Source: Eledone cirrhosa (Eukaryota). From it: a DNA stretch of 64,000 bases. Below, one piece after another: positions 13,299 to 26,997 of this stretch. The notes under the pieces were generated by a model. It was not told the DNA's origin and did not search any database. It was given only the letters and a program-made list of their open reading frames with translations. The position numbers were made by a program, and so were the translations under genes. Where the stretch lies: contig OZ024741.1 of assembly GCA_964016885.1 (NCBI GenBank), positions 121,210,001 through 121,274,000 on the forward strand. The letters run 5' to 3'. Positions within the stretch are counted from its first letter, which is position 1; each line of letters begins with the position of its first letter.

Positions 13299-13343
<45 letters not shown>

Positions 13344-13346
13344 CAC

Positions 13347-13390
<44 letters not shown>

Positions 13391-13453
13391 TGGTAGAACA
13401 CTGGACGGTAATATCCGTAGTGGTAGAGCACTCAGTCCATGGGACGAGTTAGG

Positions 13454-13642
13454 TAGAAGTGGTTACACAACAGTTAGTTCACCACACAGAGAACAATTGT
13501 TTCATTGTTTCACCTTAGCGGATCCTCAGCTCGTAATGGGCATGGTTATACGGTATAACCATGTCTATTACGAGCTGAGGATCCGCTAAGGTGAAACAAT
13601 TGTTCTCGGTATGGTGAACTAACTGTTGTGTAACCACTTCTA
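13454..13642. repeat. Near-perfect palindrome with two divergent hammerhead copies
   Basis: Arms 13454-13551 and 13553-13642; the left arm has an 8-nt duplication. A partial copy lies at 18678-18720. Confidence 0.9.
13571..13608 (+). ncRNA. Minimal type I hammerhead motif (38 nt)
   Basis: CGAG-CTGAGGA-TCC GCTAA GGT-GAAA-CAATTG-TT-CTCG. Confidence 0.8.
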
Positions 13643-13833
13643 TATATATATATATATATATATAACGAAGGAGATGTGGTAAGGAACCAGGTGGACCATA
13701 ACGCACCAAAGTACTCAATACTTAGGGTAGTAGAGTGGGTAATAGGAACCAGTAAGACCCCGACGGCTAATTCTAGGTCCAGAATTAGCCGTCGAAACGG
13801 CTTGAGCTCAGCCGTCGGGGTCTTACTGGTTCC

Positions 13834-13864
<31 letters not shown>

Positions 13865-14079
13865 CCTCGGTTTTTACGAAAGTAATTTTTACAAGTTTGG
13901 AATCCGACAGTTTTGTCCACTAGATGCCTTCTTTACTATTGGCTTTGTTTTCCGACTACATTGTTTACGTATAGGGCATTCGATGATTGCTTGTGTTTGC
14001 TCTATATATGTATATAGGGTATATATGTGTAGTGTAAGTATATTTAGGGTAGTTATCAAAGTTGACTAGTAGACTGAAC

Positions 14080-14399
14080 ATCTCTTTACTAAAAAGAGAT
14101 CAAAGAATGAACCAAATCCTTCAAACGCACAACATCATAAAGAGCAAAAGACAACCCAAATCAATGAAAAACATCCTTACACAAGCCAAAGTCCAGTCGA
14201 CCACAACAACGAAACCAACAGTAAAAAAAAATGTGGAAGACCCAACTGTGGTATATGTGTCAACTTAATAGAGGGATCGGAGTTCTACTTCAAATAAGGG
14301 CAACGCTTTACAGTGAAATATAATTTCACATGCGCATCAGAAAACCTGATATATGTGTTAACTTGCTCAGGCTGCCGAGAGCATTACATAGGACAATAA
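14080..14399 (+). pseudogene. Penelope-like element (Neptune/Naiad-type) linker plus GIY-YIG endonuclease fragment
   Basis: KSKRQPKSMKNILTQAK..., frameshift in an A-run, then KCGRPNCGIC...FTCASENLIYVLTCSGCREHYIGQ* (Cys-rich linker and LIY...YIG motif). Confidence 0.85.
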
Positions 14400-15099
14400 A
14401 TGATATATATTTAGCTTTTATCTATATTTACCCCTATTTTATCTTTTTCTCAACATTTTCTTAATATTTAAATGTTTTTAAGTTCGTTCTTTTTTTAAAT
14501 TTCTTAAATTTTTAATTCTTTAATTTATAACCTCATACTTGTTAATTTAAACTATAATAAAGGAAGGTCTGCGGGACTGCGTACGGTTTATTTTTTTATC
14601 CCGTTAGTAAAATAAGTTGGATTGAATGAATATTACATAATTTATCTACTAAATTTCGTAAACAAAAATAATTTCGTAAAAATAAATAATTTAAAATTGA
14701 CTTCTTTTCAAAGTTGCACTTCCGGTATATCGTTGCCACCACCACTTCAACTACCATATATATAGAAATAGAGAGTGTGTGCTGTCAACACTTCCGGTGG
14801 CGATCACTTAAATAAACATACTAATTTTCTGTCACTAATTTTCTCCTAATGCAGTTTATATATAATATCGTCTTTTTTTTAATGTATCATCGATTACGTT
14901 ACTGATTACATAAGACAGTGTAACAACGTCTTCGTTCAATTTCTGTTTATATTGTCAATTACAATTTTATTTGATGTATCATATCTACATGTATATATAC
15001 TTGCGTATAATATCAATATACACACTACACATGCCAGCAGAAAACCACCCTAAGGTTGGTTTTTCTGCTAGTACAGTTTAATAGAAAAAGAAAAAGAGT

Positions 15100-15780
15100 A
15101 GATTTATATTGAGAAGAATGAAATGTATAATACGAAATATAAAGAAAAATAGAAAAAGAAAAAAACCCGGAAAAGAGGAGGTAATTGCAAGGACTTAATG
15201 TCACAGAAGAATGGGGAGGGGGAGAAGGAGAAGGAGGATGATTGGGTTCTGGGCTTAGGGCGAGGTGGTAAAGGGGCTTCACCCCGTGGACAAGATCGCA
15301 AAAACATTCCCGCGGCAGCAGCCACTCCATCTCGCGGAGCTCCTTCTTCAGACGGACCTCTGACGTTCCGATCTTGTGGAGGAGTTCTCTTGTACGCCTG
15401 AGGTCTCAACGGTGCGAAGAGGAAGCGGCCGGAAAATTCCCGGTATTTGTTTATTTTTCTTTCCTCCGCAAGGCGGGCCGCGGTACCGGGGTTTGTGGCT
15501 GAAGCGACTAAGTTGGAGGCGGAGAACGTGTCATAACAGGTGGCGGCCAGATGAGGGATCTACCTCTTCCGAATGGGAAGAGCGTGATTCCATCGGGACG
15601 CTTGGCATCCCCGCGGTCTAGGCCTGCTGGCTCCAGCTGAGATGGAAGGCCAGCTGCGCCCAGGCTCCCCAGTATCTTGTTGAGAGTGGCGTGTTGGGTG
15701 AACCGTCCTGTGCTCAGGCGGCATAACAGTGGGAGCATGAATTTGTCAACGTCCGACCCGCAACAGCATTTATGTGGCTC
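15100..15780 (-). mobile_element. CRE-like non-LTR retrotransposon 3' remnant with restriction-like endonuclease
   Basis: Minus: GRFTQHATLNKIL..EPAGLDRGDAKRPDGITLFPFGRGRSLIW..VETSGV..RGNVFAIL; GC-rich island. Confidence 0.75.
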
Positions 15781-15976
15781 ACGCCCAATCTATTTCCTCA
15801 AATTCACCTTCATTCATTATACCTTTTTAGACGTCAAACTTGACCTCAATAGATATTTTTCTGTAACCTGATCTTCTCTACAGCAGCACCTGACCAGCCA
15901 TCAACACTTAAATTCTTTGCCCCTTACCACAGTAGCTGGTGTCCGAATTGATTAGAGAGGTTATTATTTGTAACAA

Positions 15977-16278
15977 AATCCCGCCGAGGTTGACTTTGCC
16001 TTTCATCCTCACGGGGTCGATAAAATAAAGTACCAGTAATGCACTGGGTATTGCTGGCCTTGTGCCTAAAGTAGAAACAATTATTTGTAACGGTGGATTG
16101 TCAGTATCGGTAGAGGGTCGGACGCCATGCTTTCCAGCATAGTTATGTCCCTTTACGGTCTGGGTTTAAATCCCGTCGAGGTTTATTTTGCCTTTCATCC
16201 TTACGGGGTCGATAAAATAAAGTACCAGTAATGCAGTGGATTATTGCTGGCCTTGTGCCAAAAGTAGAAACAATTATT
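15977..16278 (+). mobile_element. Two tandem Meta-domain-type SINE copies (partial 15977-16085, full 16092-16278)
   Basis: tRNA-like head, then GCCGAGGTT..TTTGCCTTTCATCCTTACGGGGTCGATAAAATAAAGTACCAG, tail GCCTTGTGCCAAAAGTAGAAACAATT. Confidence 0.85.
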
Positions 16279-16468
16279 TGTAAACACAGAATGCATAGAA
16301 GCCCACACCCACATACCAAACCGACACGGCATACATTGACAAGGTTATTTATTCGGAGGCGGTCAGTCGAATCAAATATTTTCTATATTTTCCTCTAATT
16401 CCTCTCCTTGCACCCTCTTGGATTGTGTTTACCATAATTCCCTTATTGTGTAACTATTTGGCTATATA

Positions 16469-16524
16469 CACCTGATGATGTCGTCGGGATTCTACGTATC
16501 CGGGCCATTGAAATATATGTAGTG
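16469..16524 (+). ncRNA. Hammerhead motif (family with 26998 and 36690)
   Basis: CAC-CTGATGA-TGTCGTCGGGAT..ATCCGGGCCATT-GAAA-TATATG-TA-GTG; downstream flank matches the copy at 36690-36747. Confidence 0.65.
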
Positions 16525-16599
16525 CTTGCAACAATAAAACTTTAAGGGAGATTTACCAGTCCAGCCTCCCGTCATTTTATTTAATAATAGTCTAAAAAT

Positions 16600-16898
16600 G
16601 GTTATATACAATAGAAAATATTTACATAAGTAAACATGAAAGAACAGCCGCTGTCATCGCCTCCACTCTCTAGCCCTTCCTATCTCTCCGTATGGTGAGC
16701 AAATGGGGTCCCACGTGCTGGCCTTCCCACAGCCCCGGCGGACAGCATGGAGAAGGCGTTTTCCCGGAGGATGGAAGAGCCATTCCAACTCGCGAGACTC
16801 ACACCTGCGGCTGGCCAGCTCAGCGCCTATGGTGGTGAGTAGGGAGGTAGCGCTAGGGCCAAGGACACCAGAAGTCTCCACTGCCAAGGGTACCACCG
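16600..16898 (-). mobile_element. Second CRE-like 3' remnant
   Basis: VPLAVETSGVLGPSATSLLTTIGAELASRRCESRELEWLF; 5'-truncated. Confidence 0.7.
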
Positions 16899-16973
16899 GA
16901 AATAATAATATATATATATATGGATCGGCAAATTGCGCCGGCCTTTGCCATTAAATCGATCTAATTCCTCAAA

Positions 16974-17059
<86 letters not shown>

Positions 17060-17284
17060 ATTATATATATATATATAAAACTGTAATCTGTTATTTTAAT
17101 ATTTGCTCTACGGTTCTTATATATTTGATATATATTTATCCTTATCGAGCCCTCTTTGGATTTTAGTCTTCAAATTTATTATTATTATTATCGAGGTTAA
17201 CTTTGCTTTCATCCTTACGGGGTCGATAAAATAAAGTACCAGTAATGTACTGGGTTATTGATGACCTTGTGCCAAAAGTAGAAA

Positions 17285-17335
<51 letters not shown>

Positions 17336-17336
<1 letters not shown>

Positions 17337-18680
17337 TAGCAGTTAAGCCCGGCGTTGCTCGGGTTTGTTCATTTGCTATGAAAAGTTACATACAGCTAAA
17401 CGTGGCTTGAAAGCGAATAAGCTTATCAATTAAGTGCATAAAATAGTTGAACCGGTTATTAAAAGTTACGAACCAATTAGCTTTTTGGACAATCAATGAT
17501 GGGTTAATAATCTTCCAATAGCGAATTTAGCAGACCAAAGTTGCAAGATGGTGGCCCTGATGCCGTTGGGTGTCAGATCTGTCCGCCATGGGTGACCTTA
17601 CCAGGAAATAGTTTTCCAGACGGCATAGCTCCAACACCTCCAACACTTGCACCAACATCTATAGCACCTCTTTGTAGACGATATTGCGTGTCATCCCTTG
17701 AGGAGTGTAAGCAAAACGTCCATTCCTGCTCCCTACGCAGGAACAGGCAACATAAAGTTGGCCATGGGAGAAGTATGGCTCCCCCAAATGGATGCCCGCC
17801 ACCGACAATGTTTGCCCTTGTGATTTGTTAATGGACATGGCAAAACATGGCCTCACCGGGAATTGGGAGCGCCGGAAATCGAACGGGATATCTGACGCCG
17901 AGGGGAAAAGGTTCATCCTTGGCAGTGTATTCGGCAGAATTGCCAGAAGTACAACACTATTGACAACTAGTGTTGTCATATTAATATTTAACCAATGAAA
18001 GTCGTAAAAAATAAATAATTTAAACATTCCGATTCATATGTCTATAGCATTAATCTGTTATATGACGTGTTATTTTGCGGGTTGTTATTTGCAATAAGCC
18101 GATTTAAAATACACCAGAAAAGCCGTATGTCAATACGGAACTCTAATGACTCCCCAGCAGTTAAATTATAGAGAGGGGGAATAATCTATTATAGAGAGAG
18201 GGAAGAGCGATGGAGAAAGTAAAGCTAAGAAATTATAGGGAGGTGTGTTAAACCTCAAAGCATGAAGAGAGTAAAGCAGTTAAATTATAGAGAGGGGGAA
18301 TGATCTATTATAGAGAGAGGGAAGAACGACGGAGATAGCATTATGACTATGTTTGTTGTTGTATAAAATGATGTGTTGCTTAGTTTTGAAAGTTTATGTC
18401 GCGTTCCTGAACGAAGTTTTGTCGCTGTTGGGTAGTAGAGAGAGTGAATAAGCGTGTAAGAGAGAGAGTTACAGCATGTATTTAGTTTTATCGATCTTTT
18501 TCATAGAAACAGGAAATCTTTGGCAAAATTTATTACGCGTTGACCATCGTTGGTAAATTTGGAGCACATTGGAAAAAAAATCATCAAAATCGGTAGAGAA
18601 ATGTGGAAATGCATAAAAATCATACACACACACACAGACAGACATCTTCCGTTTTATATATATATATATATATATATAGA
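17336..18680 (-). mobile_element. Non-autonomous Helitron retaining the Pif1 helicase C-terminus
   Basis: 5' TCTATATA.. end; 3' hairpin CCCGAGCAACGCCGGG followed by CTAG|T. Internal FPVRPCFAMSINKSQGQTL..FSHGQLYVACS..TRNIVYKEVL (17659-~17925). Confidence 0.9.
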
Positions 18681-18746
18681 AGTGGTTACACAACAGTTAG
18701 TTCACCATACCGAGAACAATCTTCCAGTGTTCTACCACTATATATA

Positions 18747-18797
<51 letters not shown>

Positions 18798-18832
18798 TTC
18801 CTGTTTTTCAAGGTACTATACTTATATATGTA

Positions 18833-19663
<831 letters not shown>

Positions 19664-20457
19664 TAATGATGATGATATATATATATATATATAAGTATAG
19701 TACCTTGAAAAACAGGAATAACTAAGGCAGGAAGAAACGGTCAGATATACATGGAAATTTACACATGTTTATGAATGTACATGACAGTGTTGTGTTTATG
19801 CTGCATTTATCAATCAACGAATCGCACAAGTGACAATGACACACCTCTTCAATAATCCGAGGTTTCGCCAGGAATGTGTTAAATTTCAATCTTGGTTCAC
19901 GCATATTTCACAAATAAATCGGTCAGAGTGAACCAGCAACAAACACAAACAAACATTATAACAAAGAAAAATGAGAAACAGAACAAAATAGAAAACTCCC
20001 ACGGCATCATACAATAAACATATAACAATGAACTTTCGTTGTATAGACACTTTCTTTCAGCGTGAGAGCTGAGAGAAGAAATAGTCGATCGTGACACATT
20101 AGTAAAATTCTATGACGGACACAAAACCGAAAATTGTATATGTTTCTATGGGTGCTTATGAATAATACAAGATATGTTCATATATTGTACATACCCTCAT
20201 ATACACATCTATTAATATATATCTTTGTGAAATAGGTAAAAACATTCGTGAACCAAGAGCGTTTATATTTATGTGTGTGGATTGCCAAAAATCCGCCTAT
20301 ATTTGGGTTTTAATTTTTTTAGTAGTTTTTCTTCTCATACTTTTTCCTTTACAGTCCCTCAATTCATAGTTTAATCGTCGTTTTTAGACTTTTACAGTCC
20401 CATTACCAGGAGCATTGTTGGCTTATATTTATGGTCACTTTTATTTGAGGCATATGT

Positions 20458-20515
20458 ATTTTATCTGATGAAAGCATACTATAATTTGGTATCCTTGAAA
20501 TATGTATAATAAAAT
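20458..20515 (+). ncRNA. Type I hammerhead ribozyme motif
   Basis: ATTTTAT-CTGATGA-AAGCATACTA TAATT TGGTATCCTT-GAAA-TATGTA-TA-ATAAAAT. Confidence 0.85.
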
Positions 20516-20560
20516 AAATATGATGCTATAGTGATATTTTCTATGTATTACTATTGTTAA

Positions 20561-20624
<64 letters not shown>

Positions 20625-20627
<3 letters not shown>

Positions 20628-23600
20628 AATGTCAGGTCACTCTCGAGTGCTACTGGTAACATGTAACCCAGTACAACCTGTCGCATGGTCGGCGACTAAA
20701 CCGGCAATCCCATCACGTTTACTTGGTTAGGGGGGTGATTTTGGACATCCTGCAGGACAAAAACACAACCTGACAAAGGGCGGAAGAACTCATAAGAGTC
20801 AACGGCCATCCAAAAATTGTGTAAATATGTATATAGTGTATATTTGGTAGCCTTGGTCGGCAATCTGTCTAGAAGAGGGACCACTCTGATTTCAAAGCCA
20901 GGGCGGACAGAGCTCTTTGGCCTTGATAGGCAATCTGTCAAACCAATCCTGACTGGGTTAAACGACGACATTGGTAAGCAGGATGTTGTATCAGTAGATA
21001 AGGCAATGATCAAGTAACTGTGAATTTGGTTCATGCTACTAGTGGCAAGCCGATCATATCAACTACTGTTGGATGTTTCGGTGAGGCACAACCGCTCTAA
21101 TACAGAGTACTGCTTTCACTTGTATGGAGTAGCGACCGCAAGTGTATATCCAGTTATTGAAAGCTAAATATGACACAAATCCTTCAATGTTCATCCCGCA
21201 GCGCTCGTCACGCGGTTAAACAAGGAGCGCGTCCTGCAACGGATTCCCAGATTGCAGTCGAAAAATCAGATACTGGGAAACATACACGGAGAAAACAACC
21301 AATCCGACTTGTACACGGAAAGAAAGACATCTTTGCTGGTACACTCAATGTTCAAACACTCCAGAAAGACCACAAAATCCCTGAACTGATTGCTTCAGCA
21401 GGGGTGACCAACCATGATGTTATCTGTCTTCAGGAGCACCGGTTCATACATGAAGAGCTTGTAACAAAGCAGCAAATATTTGGCAATTGGAGGCTGATAA
21501 CCTGCTCAGCTTGGGAAAACAACATGAATGCTGCAAATGGTGGAGTTGGAATACTTTTCAGCCCGCGAGCCTATGACGCACTTGCGAGTGTTGAAATGAT
21601 CACATCAAGGATAATGATAGCTATGTTTAACGGGAATGCTAAAACCACTGTAATCTCTTGCTATAGTCCAACAAATGTATGTGACATGGCCGAAATAGAG
21701 AGGTTCTACATGGAACTAACATCACTCACTAGACAAATCCCGAAACATAATGTTCTCATCAATGGCGGAGACTCCAACGCTCGTCTTGGACAGCTTGATG
21801 GATTCAAATTCTCATACCACTCACAAACCAATAGAAACGGTTGTATGCTAAAAGATTACTTGTGTGAGAACAATTTACGATGTCTCAACGCCATATTCCC
21901 AAAAAGACCAGGCCAGCGGTGGACACACAAATCTCCAAATGGCGACAAGACCCAACTGGATTATATCATAATTAATCGAAAATGGAAGAACAGAGCAAAA
22001 AACTGCAGAGCATATGACTCATTTGTTAGTGTTGACTCCGATCATTGCATTGTCTCGGCCAAGATACGATTAAGTCTCCGAGTGGATAAAAAGAAATCTG
22101 CAAATGCTACTCCTTACAACTGGGCAGTTCTGAATACCAATCCTGAGACTTACAAAACCTTTGTAACCCAACTGAGCAACCGATTTGCTGCCTTACAAGA
22201 CTCTGCGCCAACAAAATCGTCAAATTCTACATTTAACCACTTTCAAATGGCATTCAAAGAGGCAGCGGCCGACACCATCCATTTAAAACCCAAGGTTAAA
22301 AAACGAAAACCCTTGGAAACAGAGAGGATACGCCAAATGCGCAAAGAGTTGCGAAAAGCTGCAGAATTGAAAGACACTCAACGATCTCCATAAAACACTA
22401 GTAACTTCAATGCTGCTTGTACAGCACTGAAAAGTGTGTATGAAATTGAGCAAGCCGAATACATGCAGAAAAAGATCAATCATATCTCAAGTACTGTCAG
22501 CAATAAGAGGTCTGCTGAAGCCTGGAAAACTGTCAATGAAAAAGTAGTGACAGAGCCTAACTGAAAGCCTCCAGCCAAGACGAACGTTTAAAACTGTGGC
22601 AACAACATTTTCAGAACCTACTTGGCAAAGCACCACAGATCATCGAAGAAGAAATAATACCCGTTTTTACAGAGGAACACCAAATACAGAAAGGTCCTTT
22701 CACTATGGAGGAACTACAGAAAGCAGTGAAAAGTATTAATAACAGAAAAGCGTGCGGACTCGACGAGATCCCAGCTGAAGTGTGGAAGGTACCTGAATTT
22801 CACCCAATCCTACTAGAGTTGTGTAATGGTGTCTATAATCAAGACCCCATAGACAAATGGACTGAGGGATGCATGCTCCCTTTTCCCAAAAAGGGCGATA
22901 TTGGAATGGCTAAAAACTACTGTGGCATAACACTAATGGCAATTGCCGCAAAGATATACAATCTCATGTTGCTTAACAGAATAAGACCTGTCATTGACAC
23001 CTATCTGAGAAAAAAACCAAAATGGTTTCCGCACCAACAGATCAACATCAGGGCAAATACTTACTATTCGGCGTATCTTGGAAGGCGTAAAAGCTAAAAA
23101 CCTCCCAGCAGCTCTCCTGTTTATTGACTTTTCAAAGGCATTCGATTCCATCCATCGTGGGAGGATGAGAGAGATACTTCTAGCCTATGGCTTGCCAAAG
23201 GAAACAGTAAATGCCATCATGATGTTATATAAAAACACCCGCGCAATGGTGCGCTCACCTGATAGAGATACCAACTTCTTTGACATCATTGCAGGAGTAC
23301 TCCAAGGGGATACTGTTGCACCATATAGTTTTATCATCTGCCTCGACTATGTATTGAGAAAAGCCCTGGACGAAAACTTAGAGCTTGGTTTCACTCTCAC
23401 AAAGCGAAAGTGTAGACACCATGCAGCTCAGAAAATCACCGATGCTGACTATGCGGATGATTTAGTGGTCCTCGCTGACTACTTTAAGGATGTAACATCA
23501 CTACTTCACAGCATCGAATCAGTTGTAAAGGAAATCGGACTCTATGTCAACGCAGGCAAAACAGAATATATTTGCCAGAACCAAGACTCCTCAGTTGGTA

Positions 23601-24198
23601 TGCGAAGTCTAAACGGCGATATAATCAAGCAAGTTGACGACTTCAAATACTTGGGTAGTTATATCGCCTCCACAGAACATGATGTTAACATAAGACTGGG
23701 AAAAGCCTGGGGAGCATTGAATGCAATGGAAAAAATATGGAAATCAAACCTGCTGGCCAAACTGAAAGGAATTTCTTCAGAGTTGCTGTGGAATCTGTGC
23801 TTGTTTATGGCTCTATCACTTGGACGCTAACGTCAAAACTGGAGAAAAAGCTAGACGGGGCATACACACGTATGCTCCGTGCTGCTTTAAACGTATCTTG
23901 GAGGGAACACCCAACAAATAAGGATCTCTATGGCAATATACCACCTATCAGCAAGTCAATACGTAAACAGAGATTTGCTGGCCACTTTTGGCGCAGCAAG
24001 GACAAAATAGCAGGCGATGTATTGTTATGGAGTCCATCTCATGGAGCAAGAAACGCTGGTCGTCCCAAGAAGACATACGTCAAGCAACTTGAGGACGATA
24101 CTGGATGCATTGCGGAAGAACTGGCAAACGCTATGAGAGACAGAGGTGGATGGAGGAAACGTGTCGTAGAAGCCCGAGCAAGTACGACCTGATGATGA

Positions 24199-24201
<3 letters not shown>
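20625..24201 (+). mobile_element. Near full-length RTE-clade LINE inserted in (TA)n
   Basis: ~550-bp 5' UTR, single APE-RT ORF, (TGA)n tail directly after the stop, (TA)n on both sides. Confidence 0.9.
21170..24192 (+). pseudogene. RTE APE endonuclease-reverse transcriptase, disrupted
   Basis: GTLNVQTL, CLQEHR, GDSNA, LDYI, SDH; KACGLDEIP, FIDFSKAFDSI, GVLQGD, YADD, FKYLGS. Internal stop at 22393 and several frameshifts. Confidence 0.92.
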
Positions 24202-24271
<70 letters not shown>

Positions 24272-24368
24272 CATCGGGTGTAACCACAATAAGTAAGGAA
24301 CAATCGGGGGTAACCACAGTAAGTAAGGTACTCAATATAAAGCTGAGTATAAATATTTAATATAGAAA

Positions 24369-24464
24369 GGCTTCTACAGGACTAGAACTATTTCATTCGG
24401 TAGAAATCATCATGGCTTCCTGATGATTTCTACCAAATTAAACAGTTCCAGTCTTGTAGAAGCC
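24369..24464. ncRNA. Fold-back pair of hammerhead motifs (minus 24369-24412 truncated; plus 24414-24464 with GAAA>TAAA)
   Basis: Consensus GGCTTC-CTGATGA-TTTC TACC GAAT-GAAA-CAG..CTG-TA-GAAGCC; partial copy near 36964-37075. Confidence 0.75.
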
Positions 24465-24473
24465 TTTCTATAT

Positions 24474-24548
<75 letters not shown>

Positions 24549-24557
<9 letters not shown>

Positions 24558-25519
24558 AAATCATGTCCTTAGAATTATTAGATAAAATATATACCATTTC
24601 CTCTCCCAATTAGCATAATTAACCATATGAAGAAATATTTGATAAATAACCGAAAGCGGCCTCTTCGCGGTGATCCCAATAGAGTATTTATCCAACATTT
24701 CAACAGCATGTAGAAACTGACTAAATATACCGTCAACCATACACAATTAGGTGGAAATTTAAACTTAGAAGAAACGTGTACATACCGTAATTACATATCT
24801 ACCATGGTTTCGTCCGTATTTTTAGATATCCTATTGTTAGGATTAACCTAGAGTAACAGACTCTTCAGGAGACAAACTCAAGATTGGACAGTTAATTTTC
24901 CAAAGCGATCGCGCCAAAAATAGATTCAAAAATGGCTAAGAATCGTGATGTGGCAGTGGTCAAGTTAGAAAGAATGTGATTAGTTGCTTACGGCGGGTAG
25001 GCTGGTTGCTAGAAAGCGCAGCCCAATATCGCCCAATTGTATCTGAACCCAACGGGAGATTATTAAATGTAAAGATTTACATATACATAAAGTCATAGAT
25101 ATATATGTGGCAACCGGTCACGTTGTGGCTCAATGAAGAATTAATAAATAAATTAAATAATCAGAGCAATATATCATAAATCATGTCCTTAGAATTATTA
25201 GATAGAATATATACCATTTCCTCTCCCAATTAGCATAATTAACCATATAAAAAATCAATTAGACCAGGCTATAAGAATAAAGGCTCCTATGAAGAAATAT
25301 TTGACAAATAACCGAAAGCGGCCTCTTCGCGGTGACCCCAATAGAGTATTTATCCAACATTTCAACAGCATGTAGAAACTGACTAAATATACCGTCAACC
25401 ATACACAATTAGGTGTAAATTCAAACTTAGAAGAAACGTGTATATACCGTAATTACATCTCTACCATGGTTTCGTCCGTATTTTTAGATATCCTGTTGTT
25501 AGGATTAACCTGGAGTAAC

Positions 25520-25524
<5 letters not shown>
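24549..25524 (-). mobile_element. Non-coding retrozyme-like or non-autonomous Penelope-like element with ~310-350-bp direct repeats
   Basis: 24549-24862 repeats at 25169-25524; hammerhead spans the repeat junction; (TA)n flanks; relative at ~39127-39257. Confidence 0.75.
24795..24873 (-). ncRNA. Type I hammerhead ribozyme motif
   Basis: Minus: GTCTC-CTGAAGA-GTCTGT...ACGGAC-GAAA-CCATGG-TA-GA(T/G)AT. Confidence 0.85.
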
Positions 25525-25585
<61 letters not shown>

Positions 25586-25881
25586 TACATATATAAAGAA
25601 ACCTTATAAGCGTCTCACCCCAATTTTCTTTGTTTTAAAGTACTTTACTACGATCTTCCCTATAGTCAATTCTGAACCTTATTTAAGATATTTCTGTATT
25701 TGTAGTTATAAGCTTCTCTGAATTATGTTCTAAGCGATATTATTCATTGAGATGTAATGTGTATTACTGACTAATTTATATCTATCTATCTATCTATATA
25801 TACATGTGTGTGTGTGTGTATGTGAATATATCTATAGGTATATATATATATTATATATATGTATATATATATATGTATATA

Positions 25882-26053
<172 letters not shown>

Positions 26054-26311
26054 CATCCAGTATCGACGTGGTTGCCTAAACACTGTACGGCGTAATTCAG
26101 GCTGTTTGTTTGTTTACAAACAAACAAACCGAGCATTATAATAAATGTTCGGTAAACCGATACGTGCATATATATATATATGTGTGCATGTATGTATATA
26201 TATAGATACTACTGTACGTATACATGTATGTACGTATACATACATGCATACTTACATTTAAGTAAGTGCCGTACTAAGAGTGAGAAATGAAATTTCGTTT
26301 CATTCTATTCC

Positions 26312-26389
<78 letters not shown>

Positions 26390-26424
26390 GTATATATATG
26401 TATATATCTGTATATATATGTATG

Positions 26425-26531
<107 letters not shown>

Positions 26532-26691
26532 TAATATATCTACCGACATATGTATACAGATGCATACCTACGCTAGCAGATATATATGTTTTGTCTTAGT
26601 AACTTTGTAGTTCTATGCAGGGGATGCAGAACAATTATATGAAAGACGTAAATAAGAAAGTTATAAAAATTGACTTACTTACTAAAATTTC

Positions 26692-26770
26692 ACTCCAACT
26701 AATTAGTTTCTGTAAGGGGATAAATACAGTTATGTAATACCTGTAGAGAAGCCTTACGTCATCAGGGAGT
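26692..26770 (-). ncRNA. Type I hammerhead motif within inverted repeat 26637-26746 / 26807-26915
   Basis: Minus: ACTCC-CTGATGA-CGTAAGG...CCTTACA-GAAA-CTAATTAG-TT-GGAGT. Confidence 0.85.
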
Positions 26771-26997
26771 CTATTCTCAGCTAAGCCACCAGGCAATGCG
26801 GGGACACTACAGGTATTACATAACTGTATTTATCCCCTTACAGAAACTAATTAGTTGGAGTGAAATTTTAGTAAGTAAGTCAATTTTCATAACTTTCTTA
26901 TTTACGTCTTTCATATATATATATGTATATATATATGTATATATAGTTGTCAATTCAATTTGAATTACCTAGAGAACATAACCTTATTATGTAAGAA

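Noticed and set aside
20625-20800. HDV-like ribozyme at the 5' end of the long RTE
   Set aside because: Expected for the clade, but I could not assign P1-P4 by eye.
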